From contig NW_026262581.1 of the NCBI RefSeq assembly GCF_021869535.1, positions 114,700,001 to 114,764,000 on the forward strand: 64,000 bases of DNA, in the 5' to 3' direction. Under the pieces are notes generated by a model, which ran no database searches, was not told the origin of the DNA, and was given only the letters and a program-made list of their open reading frames with translations. Within the stretch, counting starts at the first letter, position 1. Every line of letters begins with the position of its first letter. Of this stretch, positions 1 through 13,698 are shown one piece after another. Position numbers and translations under genes: made by a program. The stretch comes from Mytilus californianus (lineage: Eukaryota).

Positions 1-3000
1 GGAACTTACTTTAAATAAAACTACTGTAAACAGTAATTATTGTTCTTTTCTAGATTTTATTATGTCAGTTTCACACGGGAACTCTTAGAATATACAAGAC
101 ATCTAACTGTTATATGAATTATCAGTAACACAGATATATAGTTCATATTAAGCACTTCTGTCTATACAAAAATACAAATTATATAACATCTAATCAGTCG
201 TAAGAATCAAACTGAGAGGATCTGTTCATGGACGATTTAAAATTGCCTTCCTGTAGGACGTTTCAATCAGACTTACAATAAACATATTAAGTTATTAAGT
301 TATCAGCACAAAATCTTAATATATCAAAGCTATCCGTGTGTATTTATTATGATTTTAAATATGCTACACTCCTAAAAAACGAAAATAAAAACATTATCAT
401 AGAGGATTATACGTTTGTTTATTAATGATTTGTCTGCATTTAAGATAAAATTGTTTACATCTTTGATATTGTTTACACTTGCCTATTTACGTAATTATCA
501 TCATACATCAATTATTGTAAAAATCTGATTAACATTTAGATCCATCACAATTCGCGTGCTCGTATATGCTCATATGAGGATAGCGAACTCAGAGATCTAT
601 ATTCTAATTAGATTGTTATTGCAAATAGAATACTAGTAAATCTTTATCATATCAAATTATATTTCATATGTATGATCAGCCATCAGTAAAATACTTTCAA
701 ACGTGTGACTTAAAGACGACACGAATATCAAAACCGAATCGATCAAATCTTTTACACTGAGTGTCCTCCATTATTTAAATGCATTACGAGTGATAAATAT
801 ATAACATTTCCATGTACAATGGGAATATCAAACGGAGTGAGATCAGATTGCACAGGCTTTAAGCGACGATCACTCGTTATATGATTCTAAAAAAGAGACA
901 TAGGATACCAAGGGGGCAACACAACCCGAATGTTGAAGAAAACCAGACAATACCATGATCAAAAGACAAACAACAGTCCACATAACACTACAAAGAAAAA
1001 CAAAGACTGAGCAACACGAACCCTACAAAAAAAAATCAAAGCGCGAATGCGCTGTAAAGGCAGTTATTCCATACAAGGTTTGTGAATTTATAGTCCAGAC
1101 TGATTATAATCAAACATATAACTTTTCAGGAAAGGCTAACAGCATCACAGATTTAGACATTTTTAATTGTTATGGCATGGAAATGGTAATGCTACATTGT
1201 ATTTCCTAAGAACAAATTCATGATTGAATGAGTATATTAAGGCACTTATATCGTTTGAATTAAAAAAATAACCGCTACAGAGCAACTTAGCATTAGCTGT
1301 TTGTAGAAACAAATTGATTTTGATTTATTAAATACTCAACAAAGTGCAATTGAATATTTATAATTACGTAAATAGGCAATATTTTGGTTTTCACTAATTG
1401 TGGCTATTCACATCTCGAGTTTAAAAAAAAAACATATTCCACTTCATCTTAATAGCTTGGTGTGAGTTTATCTCAAAAACATTGAGTTATATGATGCATC
1501 TTCAAGAGTCAACTCTATCCAAGAAAATCGTTATACTTCAAAAAATTACTCCGAGCAAAATTAATTTCCAAGTAAATAATTCCAAGAAATGATTATGTCA
1601 GGTCAATTGTTTTTTGTGTTTTTCAATGTCCAACGCCGAGAAAAACTAATACTACCATATTTTTGTTATGTATGTTCGTCTGGTAAGTTTTGAAGGATGT
1701 AAACTTGCTTCAGATAGTGATTCAAACTACGGTTGGATTATGTAAAGTCCTATATTTGTATTAGTGGAAATATTACTATGGATTTTACCATGTACTTAAA
1801 TTAATTTCACAACAAAGAGGTGGACATACAAGCCTGTGTTGATGTAAGAGCAACATTGTCTGGCACGTCAGGGATTCTAAAGGAAGAGAATAGGGTAAAT
1901 GGATTTTAGACAGGTAACTTACTGTCCTAAAATAACGTGCACATTCATATACTTCACATTTGTAAGACTTGATTCAGTTTAGCATACAAGCCTGCTGCAG
2001 TGGTTTGTGTTGTTTCTGTTGTTTAACCGATTCTAAGAGTCGGGAAGTGGTACAATATTCCTATAATAAGTACTATTTATATGATCTGAACATTTTGTTT
2101 ATACGCTTTATAATTAGGTATATAAAAAAGAAGATGTGGTATGATTGCCAATGAGAAAACTCTCCACAAGAGACCAAATGACACAGAAATTAACAATATA
2201 GGTCACCGTATTAGGTCATTCCGGCCCCAAGACGATCTGTCACAAGACGTTCCGGACCCACGTCGATCAGTTCCAAGTCATTCCGGCCCCGAGTCGATTA
2301 AACCCCATAGTAAAATAATGAATAATTACTACAAAATTAATCAAAAGCTCAAACACATCAAACGAATGGAAAACTATCATATTACTAACTTGGTACACTG
2401 GCATTTTCTTATGTAGAAAATCGTGGATTAAACCTAAGTTACTATTGACAAGTGGTAACTAGCAATTGTTCAGTCGACTTTTCATCATTATACTAACGAC
2501 TGAAACGATCTTAAAAGCAACTTGAGATTGAAATACCACTCGAAATAAACCCGAACCTTTTCACACGGATTCTTAAGTATTTCCGGTATGTCAGTTTGAT
2601 TCTGCCCAGTTTCAATGAATTACAATAGACAAACACAGAATATCACAAACAGAATTCCACTTTTTGGGATTTTTATGATAGTGTTAACCCCCCACCCCAT
2701 GTAGAACAAAATGACTTTTGCCTGATGACATAAGGCACTGTCTTTAAAAACTGGGTGCATTCATTGGTTCCAATAGTGCGTGTCCAAACCATGAAACTGA
2801 CGAAATCTGTAGCAAGGTCAGTGCACAATATTTGATATGTGGTATCTACAACAGAGTTGGGACGTCTGTAGTAGATTGAGAACTAAATAGACCAACTCGT
2901 GATGGCGACTGTAGCTTGTGACATGTGAAAGTGTCAGTCGTTCCTCGTAGCCTAGTTAATAATTAATGTTTATTTCTACTAAAAAAATGTACAATTTCAT

Positions 3001-3203
3001 ATAAATAAGAAGATGTGGTATGAGTGCCAATGAGACAACTCTCCATCCAAGTCACAATGTATAAAAAGTTAACAATTATAGGTCAAAGTACGACCTTCAA
3101 CACGTAGCCTTGGCTCACACTGAACAGCAATGTATAAAGGGCCCCAAAATGACTAGTGTAAAACAATTCAAACAGGAAAACCAACGGTCTAATCTATATA
3201 AAA

Positions 3204-4085
3204 AATTCGTAAGGGTTCCGCGGAACCCAGTGTCTCGCCTACTTTGCCTGTTAATCGCAGGCTCAACGAAAATGAGATGAGGAAAAAATTTAATAAAAAT
3301 ATTCCTCTTGATACAATTTTTTTATTGTAAGAAGCTTCTGTCCAAGTTTGGTAAAAATCCAGGATAGTTTATGAATCTAATAAATGTTATAAAAAATTTA
3401 ACTGCAGACTGTATGTAATGTTAACTGGAAGAAAAACTAAGTCCATTTATAAGTAAAATATGGATAAACAAGTACAAAATTTTAATAAAAATTTCCTTCT
3501 AGATACTAGCTTTTGATCATAAACAAACTTCTGTCCATGTTTGGTACAAATCTAGGATAGTTTAAGAAAGTAATTAAAATTTTAAAAACTTTAACTACAG
3601 AGTGAATGTAATGTTTCCTGGCAGAAAAACTAAGTCCATTTATAAGTAAAATACGGAAAAACAGGATTTTTTTTTAAAATTTACTTCTGGATACTATCTT
3701 ATGATCATAAACAAGCTTCTGTCCAAGTTTGGTAGAAATCCAGGATAGTTTGAGAAAGTTATTAAAATTTTAAAAACTTTAACCACAGAGTGAATGTAAT
3801 GTTTCTTGGCAGAAAAACTAAGTCCATTTATAAGTAAAATACGGAAAAACAGGAGTTTTTTTTTTACAAAATTTACTTCTGGATACTATCTTATGATCAT
3901 AAACAAGCTTCTGTCCAAGTTTGGTAGAAATCCAGTATAGTTTAAGAAAGTTATTAAAATTTCAAAAACTTTAACCACAGAGTGAATATTTGTGGACGGC
4001 GCCGACGACGACGACGACGACGCCGACGGAATGTAGGATCGCTATGTCTCGCTTTTTCGACAAAAGTTGAAGGCTCGACAAAAAC
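3204..4085 (+). mobile_element. Non-autonomous Helentron-associated element (HINE; pearl/MgE-like) with about 3.5 internal ~190 bp tandem repeats
   Basis: 5' palindrome GGGTTCCGCGGAACCC; subterminal TGTCTCGC motif at both ends; internal repeats marked by AAGCTTCTGTCCAAGTTTGGTA near 3332, 3527, 3714 and 3906; (GAC)n microsatellite at ~4003-4025; 3' hairpin ending GCTCGACAAAAA. It interrupts a common dispersed repeat. Confidence 0.75.
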
Positions 4086-5690
4086 GAGAAACGAAAAACA
4101 CTTATGAACAACACCAACAAACGACAAACATTGAACAACAGGCTCCTGACTAGGACAGGTGAACACAAATGCAACGGGTTTAAACGTTTTAACAGGCGCC
4201 AACCTTCACCTTAACCTGAGACAGTAGTGTAACATGCAATTATGCAAAACGAAATACTGCAATCGAATGGTTTGGAGATATTTTCAGAAAAAGAACCAAG
4301 TAAGAATTAAAATTATTGTGTCCCATAGCTCGGACATTGTTTAAATAAGACATGTAGTATTATTAGGCAAATTCTCTGGCGTCAGTCTATTTGTGTTTCC
4401 TGTAGGTTATTTTTCAACAATCCACTGTAATCTGATATTTAACTTTCAATCGAACTTTAAATTTACGAACTTTTTTCTCTCACATTTAAAGGGTCCGACC
4501 TTGTGCGCGTTTTCCTCAATAAGAATGTAACCTTTGGAATGTAGCCGCTTTTGATAAAGGTAAGTCACTCTGACCTATATTTCGTGCTTTATTGACTTAC
4601 AATAAGTTTACGCCAATATGCGACTCTATATAGCTTAATGAAACTTTTTTTTACGCTCAACTGTTTCTCAGATATTAGGTGATAAAATCTTGGACCTTTT
4701 CGCACTGAAGTTAAATCCCACATCGCGAACGGTTTCAATTATTATATAGTATTGTTTACCAAACGTGGCGAACTTGTAATCATTTATGATAATTACATAT
4801 TTTTGAATTAGTTGTGTATGTCTGCCTTTTTTCGACTAGTGGTGTTTAATTGCTACCTCGAATAAATTACTTCATCCTTTAACCAGATTCAGATTTAGTT
4901 GAAGGTATATATGTGACATGGCCATAGAACTTGGTATTTACGGCCATGGTCCGTAAACCAGATCGAAATTATTCAAAACTTTAATTTTGCCTTGTTTTGT
5001 AAATTTTTCTCAATTATAGTTTTAAGGCAATGATTCCTTTGTACAATTATCTAAATGAAGTTTTAGGTTCCTGATTCCTGTAGAGTTAAGGCCAATTTTA
5101 CCTTATTTGTTTCACTCAAATAGTCAGATATATAAATATCGAAAATTGTTAAAAACTTACTGGAATTTCAAATATTGCAGAATAAAAATATATAGATTTT
5201 TCTTATATACATATGTCAAATAAAATGTTATTCATCACTACACACTGTAATGGAATGTAATTTTGAAACAATATTGCAAAGCAAAAAGTATGGTAAGAGC
5301 CATTTTTTGGCCCTAAAATTCCCAAAATAGTTAAATTCTTCAATCTTTTCATAACCTATGTTAATTTCATTGAGAAATGAAAAGGATGGTATAATCTGTA
5401 CACTTGAGTGCAGTAATGCAACTAATCATGTAGCTGTGGTGTAATAAACATGAAATTGACATAAAAGTGATTTTAATCATAATTTTTGGCACAATAAAAT
5501 ATGAGCAATGGTAGTGGAGATATCTTTGCATAAGACGTCTTTTGTATTTTGGGGGTAAATTCTGGGCTCATATCTTAATGTAAATGTCAAGATCTCCAAG
5601 TGAGACTTTTCGGCAGTTTTGCATGAAATTTCACAACGTTGAAGCTCTAACAAAATATGTTAGACAAAATTGAAAAATGTTAATATTGAT

Positions 5691-7122
5691 ATCTGACAGA
5701 CTAATGTCATATGAACATCTGACAGACTAATGTCATATGAACATCTGACAGACTAATGCCATATGAACATCCGACAGACTAATGTCATATGAACAACTGA
5801 CAGACTAATGTCATATGAACATCTGACAGACTAATGTCATATGAACATCTGACAGACTAATGTCATATGAACAACTGACAGACTAATGTCATATGAACAA
5901 CTGACAGACTAATGTCATATGAACATCCGACAGACTAATGTCATATGAACATCTGACAGACTAATGTCATATGAACAACCGACAGACTAATGTCATATGA
6001 ACATCCGACAGACTAATGTCATATGAACATCCGACAGACTAATGTCATATGAACATCCGACAGACTAATGTCATATGAACAACCGACAGACTAATGTCAT
6101 ATGAACATCTGGCAGACTAATGTCATATGAACATCTGACAGACTAATGTCATATGAACAACTGACAGACAAATGCCATATGCACATCTGACAGACTAATG
6201 TCATATGAACATCCGACAGACTAATGTCATATGAACATCTGACAGACTAATGTCATATGAACAACTGACAGACAAATGCCATATGAACATCTGACAGACT
6301 ATCATATGAACAACTGACAGACTAATGTCATATGAACATCTGACAGACTAATGTCATATGAACATCTGACAGACTAATGCCATATGAACATCTGACAGAC
6401 TAATGTCATATGAACAACCGACAGACTAATGTCATATGAACAACTGACAGACAAATGTCATATGAACAACTGACAGACAAATGTCATATGAACATCTGAC
6501 AGACTAATGTCATATGAAATCTGACAGACTAATGTCATATGAACATCCGACAGACTAATGTCATATGAACATCCGACAGACTAATGTCATATGAACATCC
6601 GACAGACTAATGCCATATGAACATCCGACAGACTAATGTCATATGAACAACTGACAGACTAATGTCATATGAACATCTGACAGACTAATGCCATATGAAC
6701 ATCTGACAGACAAATGTCATATGAACAACTGACAGACTAATGCCATATGAACATCTGACAGACAAATGTCATATGAACATCTGACAGACTAATGTCATAT
6801 GAACATCTGACAGACTAATGTCATATGAACATCTGACAGACAAATGTCATATGAACATCCGACAGACTAATGTCATATGAACAACTGACAGACTGATGTC
6901 ATATGAACATCTGACAGACTAATGCCATATGAACATCTGACAGACTAATGTTATATGAACATCTGACAGACTAATGTCATATGAACATCTGACAGACAAA
7001 TGTCATATGAACATCCGACAGACTAATGTCATATGAACATCTGACAGACTAATGCCATATGAACATCTGACAGACAAATGTCATATGAACATCTGACAGA
7101 CTTATGTCATATGAACATCTGA
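5691..7122. repeat. 26-bp minisatellite, about 55 copies (consensus CTGACAGACTAATGTCATATGAACAT)
   Basis: Head-to-tail repeat read directly from the sequence. Variants are confined to a few positions (CATCT/CATCC/CAACT/CAACC, CTA/CAA, TGT/TGC). No unique spacers; stop codons recur in the unit. Confidence 0.97.
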
Positions 7123-7329
7123 TGACTTTTATTTGTTTGATCTTTAATACCTTTTGATTTTGAAATTCAACGGGCCATAAAATGTCGCCTTATCATGCAT
7201 GTTAACCTGCTCCTTTTAAGTGTTTTTTTGTAAAATTTTGTATCGAAGGACATCGTTAACCTAAATATTTATTTGTATTTGACAAATTTACTTACAACAG
7301 AGTTTGGATTTGGTTGACAATTTTCTTGG

Positions 7330-7575
7330 GTCTCGATTGTCGAGTGGTCTAAGTACATGTAGTTTATCTAATGTAACAGTCAACCCTAGAGCCTGTCAAC
7401 TCTGAGGCTGTGATTACAAACACCGTTCGTGGCGATTGGTGTTCGACTTTGATCTTAATTGACAAGGATTTCCAGTGTTCTTGTGGTTTTCTGGGGATAC
7501 TGTAGCTTCCTTAATCAATCAAATCAGGTCACCATGGTATAGTCAATGTATCTGGAAGTGGCTTTAAATACAAAA
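7330..7575 (+). mobile_element. Degenerate tRNA-derived SINE
   Basis: A-box-like TGTCGAGTGGTCTAAG head, central TGGTTTTCTGGGGATACTGTAGCTTCC block resembling molluscan SINE core domains, A-rich tail. Heavily decayed; family not determined. Confidence 0.5.
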
Positions 7576-7796
7576 TACAAACTTACAAACAAGAATGTCT
7601 TACATGGTTAATTTTTTTGTTGTTGAAAATACTGAAAATCTATTAAAATGCAGTTTTTAGCAATCTTTAGCCATTTTTTAATTGGTTTAAATGTCCAGAA
7701 ATGCACCATTATAATGTTGTTAAAAACTCAAACAATACACATGAACCTGCGATAGTGTGAATTTAAGTAGGAATTGGAAGGCCTAAAAATTTTAAA

Positions 7797-8366
7797 TAAA
7801 CAGCTGCGCCATGAGCGCATAATACGCCCGTCGCTTTTTCAAAGAATAAAGTTCAATAACTTCTAAATGTCATATCAGAAATTTATAAAAAAAAATCTAA
7901 AGGGAGGTTTTTTAATAGATATAAACCAGTCACCAAAGTTTCATGAAAACTGCTCAAAGCACTTTTGAGTTATTGTCCAAAAACTGGAAAATCACCCCTT
8001 TTTTATGAATAAAATCCCATAACTCTGAAACGTAAAACCTAAAATTAATAAAAATTGAAAGGGAGCTTACGTTAATAGATATAAACAATTCACCAAAGTT
8101 TCGTGTAAACTGCTAAAAGCATTTTTGATTTATTGTCCGAAAACTGGAAAATCCCCCTTTTTTAATAAACAAAACCTCATAACTCGGAAACGGAAAATCT
8201 GAAATTCATAAAAATCAAAAGGGAGCTCACGTCAATAGATATAAACAATAATATTCATAAAAGTTTCATGTAAATTGGTCAAGCGTTTTTGAGTTATTTT
8301 CCGACATGTTGACGACGGACGGACAACGGTATACCATAATACGTCCCGTAAACGGGCATATAAAAA
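7797..8366 (+). mobile_element. HINE/pearl-like non-autonomous element with internal ~160 bp repeats
   Basis: Subterminal ATACGCCCGT / ATACGTCCCGT motifs, repeated core (AATAGATATAAACAA...CCAAAGTTTCATG), GACGGAC microsatellite and 3' hairpin CCCGTAAACGGG followed by TATAAAAA. Confidence 0.7.
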
Positions 8367-8866
8367 GGGTCTTGGTGTGAAATAAATTCAAGAGAAATTG
8401 CTGCATACCTCTTTATCTTGTGAAAAAAGGAAATTTGACGAACTTGTCATTTAGCGTTCAGATTGATAATCTTTCAGAAATACTTAGTATGTAATTGAAC
8501 AATCATTATATATATAAATATGGTTTGGGATTTCACTTTGTTGAAGACTTCTAAAGAAGAATTATTTTTTGTAGAAAATTGACAGGTTTTGTGGTTATTG
8601 GCCATACATATGTATTAAATATAATGCAAAAACATGCTTAAAATATTTCCTAATCTAAAATAGCAAAAATACAAAATTTTAACAAATAGTTCATTCAAAA
8701 TAGGTTAACGAATCAGATAAGTTCTACAGAGAACTTCTAAATGCTTGTTACAACGTCTTTAGTCAGTTTAAGTTTGAGGTATGTAGTCAAAAGCAAATAA
8801 CGGTAACATCACAACAATAAATTTCTTCCTTGAACACAGCTGGGTGAACACAGTCGAAATTTTAAA

Positions 8867-9968
8867 TCACACATCAGAATCCTCGTCCTCACCGCATGTG
8901 AATAATAGTCCGGGAATCTGTCCGATCTTGGTGTCAGTTCCATTTCTACTGTATTTGGACTTACTGAATGAGAAACGAACTGTCCCACAGTTTACGCTTG
9001 TTGTCCCACCTTTGCCTTGGTAAGTATCAAGTCCTTCTGCATTCGTCAGTTTCACAACAACCGTATGTTTCTTGCTGTTTGTGATAGTGACCGGATGTTC
9101 TAGTAACACAGGGTATGTATGTTGAGATTCACTAGTTTTCAATCTTGTTCGTCTCGTTGCAACCTCATGGTCTACAGTGTCGTACAAGGAGCATGTAATA
9201 TCGTACACACCCTCGCCGATGTAGGAGCCGTAAACGAGAACACCATGTAAAATTATAGGACGGTTTGTTGTGAAGGCAATGGCATCAGGTTCCCCACCGC
9301 AATACCAAGAGCCATCTTCGTATACAGAATGATACCGGATACATGTTTGAATAGGACGGGTATCTTCCGAATCTCTGGCCTCAAGTTCGTCTATTTTTTC
9401 ACTACGTTCATGTGTTATAAATGTAGTTATTTTGCTACCTTTTTGATAAAAGAATTTGAATAGTTCGACCTTCTCTTTGTCTGACAAAATATCCATTTCT
9501 GAAATTACATCCGTAAAATACTCTTTCCCCATGAGCGGGAATCTAATTAAATACAAAAGGTGACCAAGCTCGGCGCGCTGATTTTCACTGTTAACTTCCT
9601 TGTCCTTCTTGGTACATTTGTTCAAAGCCCATTTGAGCACACATGACAAAATTGTCTGTTCATCAACTCGTAATAAGTCGTCCTGCAGTACAAGTTCTAA
9701 ACAATGAGGGCTAAGCTCGAGGAAGTCATTTGAGTGCAAGACGTCCGGTGCATGAATTCTTATATATGCCAAACATTTCTCCTGTAAATCTTGTTCATCA
9801 AAGATATAAGACTGTTCAAAGATGGTACATATATTTTCGGCTGATCTGTCCAACTCCAAATATTTCACGCACACTTTAACTAATGACTGGATGGAGTACT
9901 TTTTAGCAGCATATAACAGCTGGAGAACTAAATCTGGTTTGATGTCTGTATCTTCACAATACAGGTAC
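8867..9968 (-). CDS. BTBD3/6: BTB/POZ-BACK-PHR protein (BTBD1/2/3/6 family), last coding exon
   Basis: Acceptor TTTATTTTAG|G at 9969/9968. The frame reads YLYCEDTDIKPDLVLQLLYAAKKYSIQSLVKVCVKYL (end of BTB), then a BACK domain (...ELSPHCLELVLQDD...LIRFPLM) and a PHR domain (WYCGGEPDAIAFTTNRPIILHGVLVYG...NGTDTKIGQIPGLLF) to TGA at 8867. Joins exon 18048-18301 in phase (CA|G = Gln) for a 1356 nt, 451 aa CDS. Confidence 0.93.
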
Positions 9969-10179
9969 CTAAAATAAACAAACCTGTATTAAGACAAATT
10001 AAAAACAAAAATGTCTTAAATATCAAATATCAAGGGCACCAAATATGGAAAGGTTCCTAAGAGCATGAATCATTAACCAACATATTTGCAACCTACTCGG
10101 TCAAGAGAAGATAATGTTTGACACATTAAACTTAGAATGGCTTTATTTGTGCGAGACACAGAGACTGATGCATACAGAG

Positions 10180-11321
10180 ACAAGAGTGCACAGGCTGAAA
10201 TGTCTCGCCTACTTCAAATTTACTGACCATTGATATTATGCTGATAGTCCTAAATATAAAGCTTTACTACAAGTATCACATAAACTTAACATGATCCAAG
10301 AAAATTAGGTCAAACCGGAAATACATGTACACCTTAAAATCTTCCCATACTCCAAATATAGTTGACCTATTGCTTATAGTTTCTAAGAAACAAATTTAAC
10401 CAAAAAAACTTAACATTGACCAATGAACTATGAAAATGAGGTCAAGGTCAGATGAACCATGCCAGACAGACATGTACACCTTACAATCAATCTATGCATT
10501 AAATATAGTTGACCTATTGCCTATAGTATCTAAGATACAACTGACATTTACCTATGAACCATGAAAATGAGGTCAAGGTCAGATGATACCTGCCAAACAG
10601 ACATATACACCTTACAATCATTCTATACACCAAATATAGCTGACCTATTGCTTATAGTTTAGGAAAAACAGACCAAAACACAAAAACTTAACACTGAGCA
10701 ATGAACCATGAAAATGAGGTCAAGGTCATATAAAACCTGCCCGAGTGAGATGTACATCGTAAAATATTTCCATACACCAAATATAGTTGACCTATTGCAT
10801 ATAGTTTTAGAAAAAAAGACCAAAACACAAAAACTTAACTTTAACCACTGAACCATGAAAATGAGATCAAAGTCAAATGACATTGCAAGTTGGACATGTA
10901 CACCTAACAATCATTCCATACACCAAATATAGTAGATCTATTGCTTATAGTATCTGATGTCACTGATCCATGAAATGAGGTTGAGGTCAGATGAAAACTG
11001 TCTAACAGGCATGAGAACCATGCAAGTTACGCACATACTAAATATAGTTATCATATTACCCATAATAAGAGAGAAATTAACATTACAAAAAATCTTAACT
11101 TTTTTTCAAGTAGTCATTGAACCATGAAAAATGAGGTTAAGGACAATGGACATATGACAGACGGAAACTTCATAACATAAGGCATCTATATACAAAGTAT
11201 GAAGCATCCAGGTCTTCCACCTTTTAAAATATAAAGCTTTTAAGTAGTTAGTTAAAGCCGCCGCCGGATCACTATCCCTATGTCGAGCTTTCTGCAACAG
11301 AAGTCGCAGGCTCGACAAAAA
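10180..11321 (+). mobile_element. HINE/pearl-like element with about 6 internal ~140-150 bp repeats, in the BTBD intron
   Basis: 5' ACAAGAGTGCACAGGCTGAAATGTCTCGCC; repeated core ATGAAAATGAGGTCAAGGTCAGATG...CCAAATATAGTTGACCTATTGC; GCCGCCGCC microsatellite; 3' hairpin TGTCGAGC...GCTCGACA followed by AAAA. Confidence 0.78.
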
Positions 11322-12659
11322 TCATGTTCATGGGTTGTCAATTTTCATACATTCTCGATAAATACAAGTTTTATTAAAATGCAAGCACTATGTATCAAGA
11401 TGGACATTTTCGTAAATGGTGGGAAACTTAACCAATAATTTTTGACACAGGCAATCACTGTGGAATAGCAAATTATACCGATATATCGATTTTCAATGAA
11501 CTCATACCACAACAGTTGTTTCTAAAAACTTATATTTTTTTATCAAAAAAAAATGTTTACCACAATTTTGACATCAGGGAACAATTTGGAATGCAAAAAG
11601 ATGATTCTCAAAATTTGTGTGATTTTTTCACAAAAAGTAACTTTTCCCCAAAATTATCACAGAAATAATTTTTAATTAATGGGTTTATTTCGGAATAGCA
11701 TATCATAAAATTTCAATTTAACTTTTGATAAAATTCTGGCACAAAAAGATGTTTCTCATAAGATTAATAATTATTGTTCATGGCATCAGTGAGATGTATA
11801 ATTACAGAAACAATGTTAGCAATTGTGTATGGACTGTTGATTTTACATGTATACCTTTATTCTTTACTATAATCTAAAATATGAACGAATAAAATAGAGT
11901 TAAGGAGCATTTCTTCTAAATATAATCATTTTATGCTAATTTAAAGGGGAGACATTTCGTCTAACATTTTAATATTTTTTTGTAATTGTTTATTGTATAT
12001 TTGTGTTTGTATTTAGTAGCAATCCGATTGTTTGGATTTTATACTAATAAAATATCTTATCTTATCTTATCATTAGATGATTAGTCGATGGAGCCTTTGT
12101 TATGTTTTACCACAAATGCCACCATGTTTGCCATCTCAACAATATGAAAAGAGGACCGACCATATGCAGAGGGTCTTCCAATCACCAATTCCTTAAACTT
12201 TTTAACCATTTCACCTTTTAGTTTTTAAGGGGGCAGATTGTAGAAAATCGGTCAATCAAAATCAAGTGTTTACGGAAGCCCATAGGGGACCTACAAAAAA
12301 ATAATATTATATCGTTATCTCAATATATATATCGTTATTTCGATATAATTAAATCTTTATCTCGATATATTTATATCGTTATCTCGATATTTATATCGTT
12401 ATATCGATATATTTATTTCGTTATCTCGATATAATTATATCGTTATATGTATCTCCATATATTAATTTCGTTATATCGATATAATTATATCGTTATCTCC
12501 ATATATTTATTTCGTTATCTCGATATATTAATATCGTTATCTCGATATTTATATCGTTATAACGATATAATTATATCGTTATCTCTATATAATTATATCG
12601 TTATCTCGATATAATTAAATCTTTATCTCGATATTTATATAGTTAAGGTGGGGTGGGGT

Positions 12660-12822
12660 CAGTGGCGGATCCAAAGGGTGGGGGTGGGGGGTTCCGGGGG
12701 TTGGAACCCCCTTTTTTTACGATCAATGCATTTGAATGGGGACATATAGTTGGAACTCCCGCTTTCTCCTGGGTTGGGAACCCCCCCCCCCCCCCCTTTA
12801 AAAATGGCTGGATCCGCCCCTG
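12660..12822. mobile_element. Short MITE (CAGTGGCGGATCC...GGATCCGCCCCTG) inserted in the left foldback arm
   Basis: Terminal inverted repeats, GGGGT on both sides, and absent from the mirror arm at ~15755. Related copy at 54646-54792 and a fragment at ~32988. Confidence 0.8.
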
Positions 12823-13493
12823 GGGGTTATTGCACCTTTTTTGCATTTAACTCAAAAACTTATACATATATCAAAATTCTATCAGAGGGTAAAATTGATT
12901 AGTACATAATGATCTGTATCTGCCAAAATTTAAGTTTAGGTTGATCGGAAAACTTATTAAAGAGCTATGGGCCTATATTTGCATTTTTTTCAAATCTTCA
13001 TCTTAGTTTTGACAATATCTTGAGAAAGTCGTAAAAGCTAGAGCCTTTTTTAGTTTTTCATCAATATTCCAAAGTATTTCCTGTTTACAATTATCTTACT
13101 CCTCTAGGTAAGAAACTAAGGTTCCCTGTTTACAGAAATGACATCTATCCAGGAGCAATAGAAAGCTATCAAGTCCACTTCAACCTTTATTTAACATTGA
13201 ATTTAAAAGAAATACATAGTTCCCTATGCAAAATGATAAGCGCATACAATATAAAAAATATAAATGCATGATAATTACATAAAGGCTTTCATTGGTAGTA
13301 GATATGGAAATATAGAAACAGTAATTTTGAAAATTTAGGCTAAATGTATTTCTTACTCTAAAAGAAGTATATAAATATATGCAGTGTTGTATATAGATAT
13401 AAGAAGATGTGGTATGCGTGCCAATGAGACAACTATCCATCCAAGTCAAAATTTACAAAAGTAAACCATTATATGTATATATATTTTAAAATA

Positions 13494-13698
13494 CGTCTAA
13501 ACATCAGCCCAACAATGTAAGGTCTGTAAATTTCCTCTCGCAAATTTTTGTTCTTCCCTCGCCGGGATTCGAACTCATGCTCCTGAGATATCGTGGCACC
13601 AAATCGCCTTGCACTATGCTCGACGCGCTAGATCACTCGACCACCTAGGCTCTACAATAATAAAGCTTTCGGTGGCCGGATGTTACTTTTCCTCGTCG
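13494..13698 (-). mobile_element. tRNA-related SINE-like element
   Basis: Minus strand reads AGCCTAGGTGGTCGAGTGATCTAG (A-box-like) ... GAGTTCGAATCCCGG (B-box), but the spacing is too long and there is no cloverleaf. A decayed sister copy lies on + at ~58950-59130. Confidence 0.6.

Noticed and set aside
955-3200. Short ORFs at 955, 1969 and 2141 and similar 60-90 aa ORFs elsewhere in the track
   Set aside because: No domain motifs or splice support; they overlap abundant dispersed repeats such as AGAAGATGTGGTATGATTGCCAATGAGACAACT.
3954-4202. ORF with a poly-Arg (or poly-Val) tract
   Set aside because: Translation of the (GAC)n microsatellite at the 3' end of a HINE.
5691-7122. Palindromic short repeats as a CRISPR array or repetitive coding exon
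   Set aside because: Units are directly adjacent with no unique spacers, no cas genes are present, the DNA is eukaryotic, and the 26 nt period with recurring stops excludes an ORF.
13494-13698. tRNA gene
   Set aside because: A- and B-box-like motifs are present, but the spacing is too long, no cloverleaf forms, and a decayed dispersed copy exists at ~58950; treated as SINE-like.
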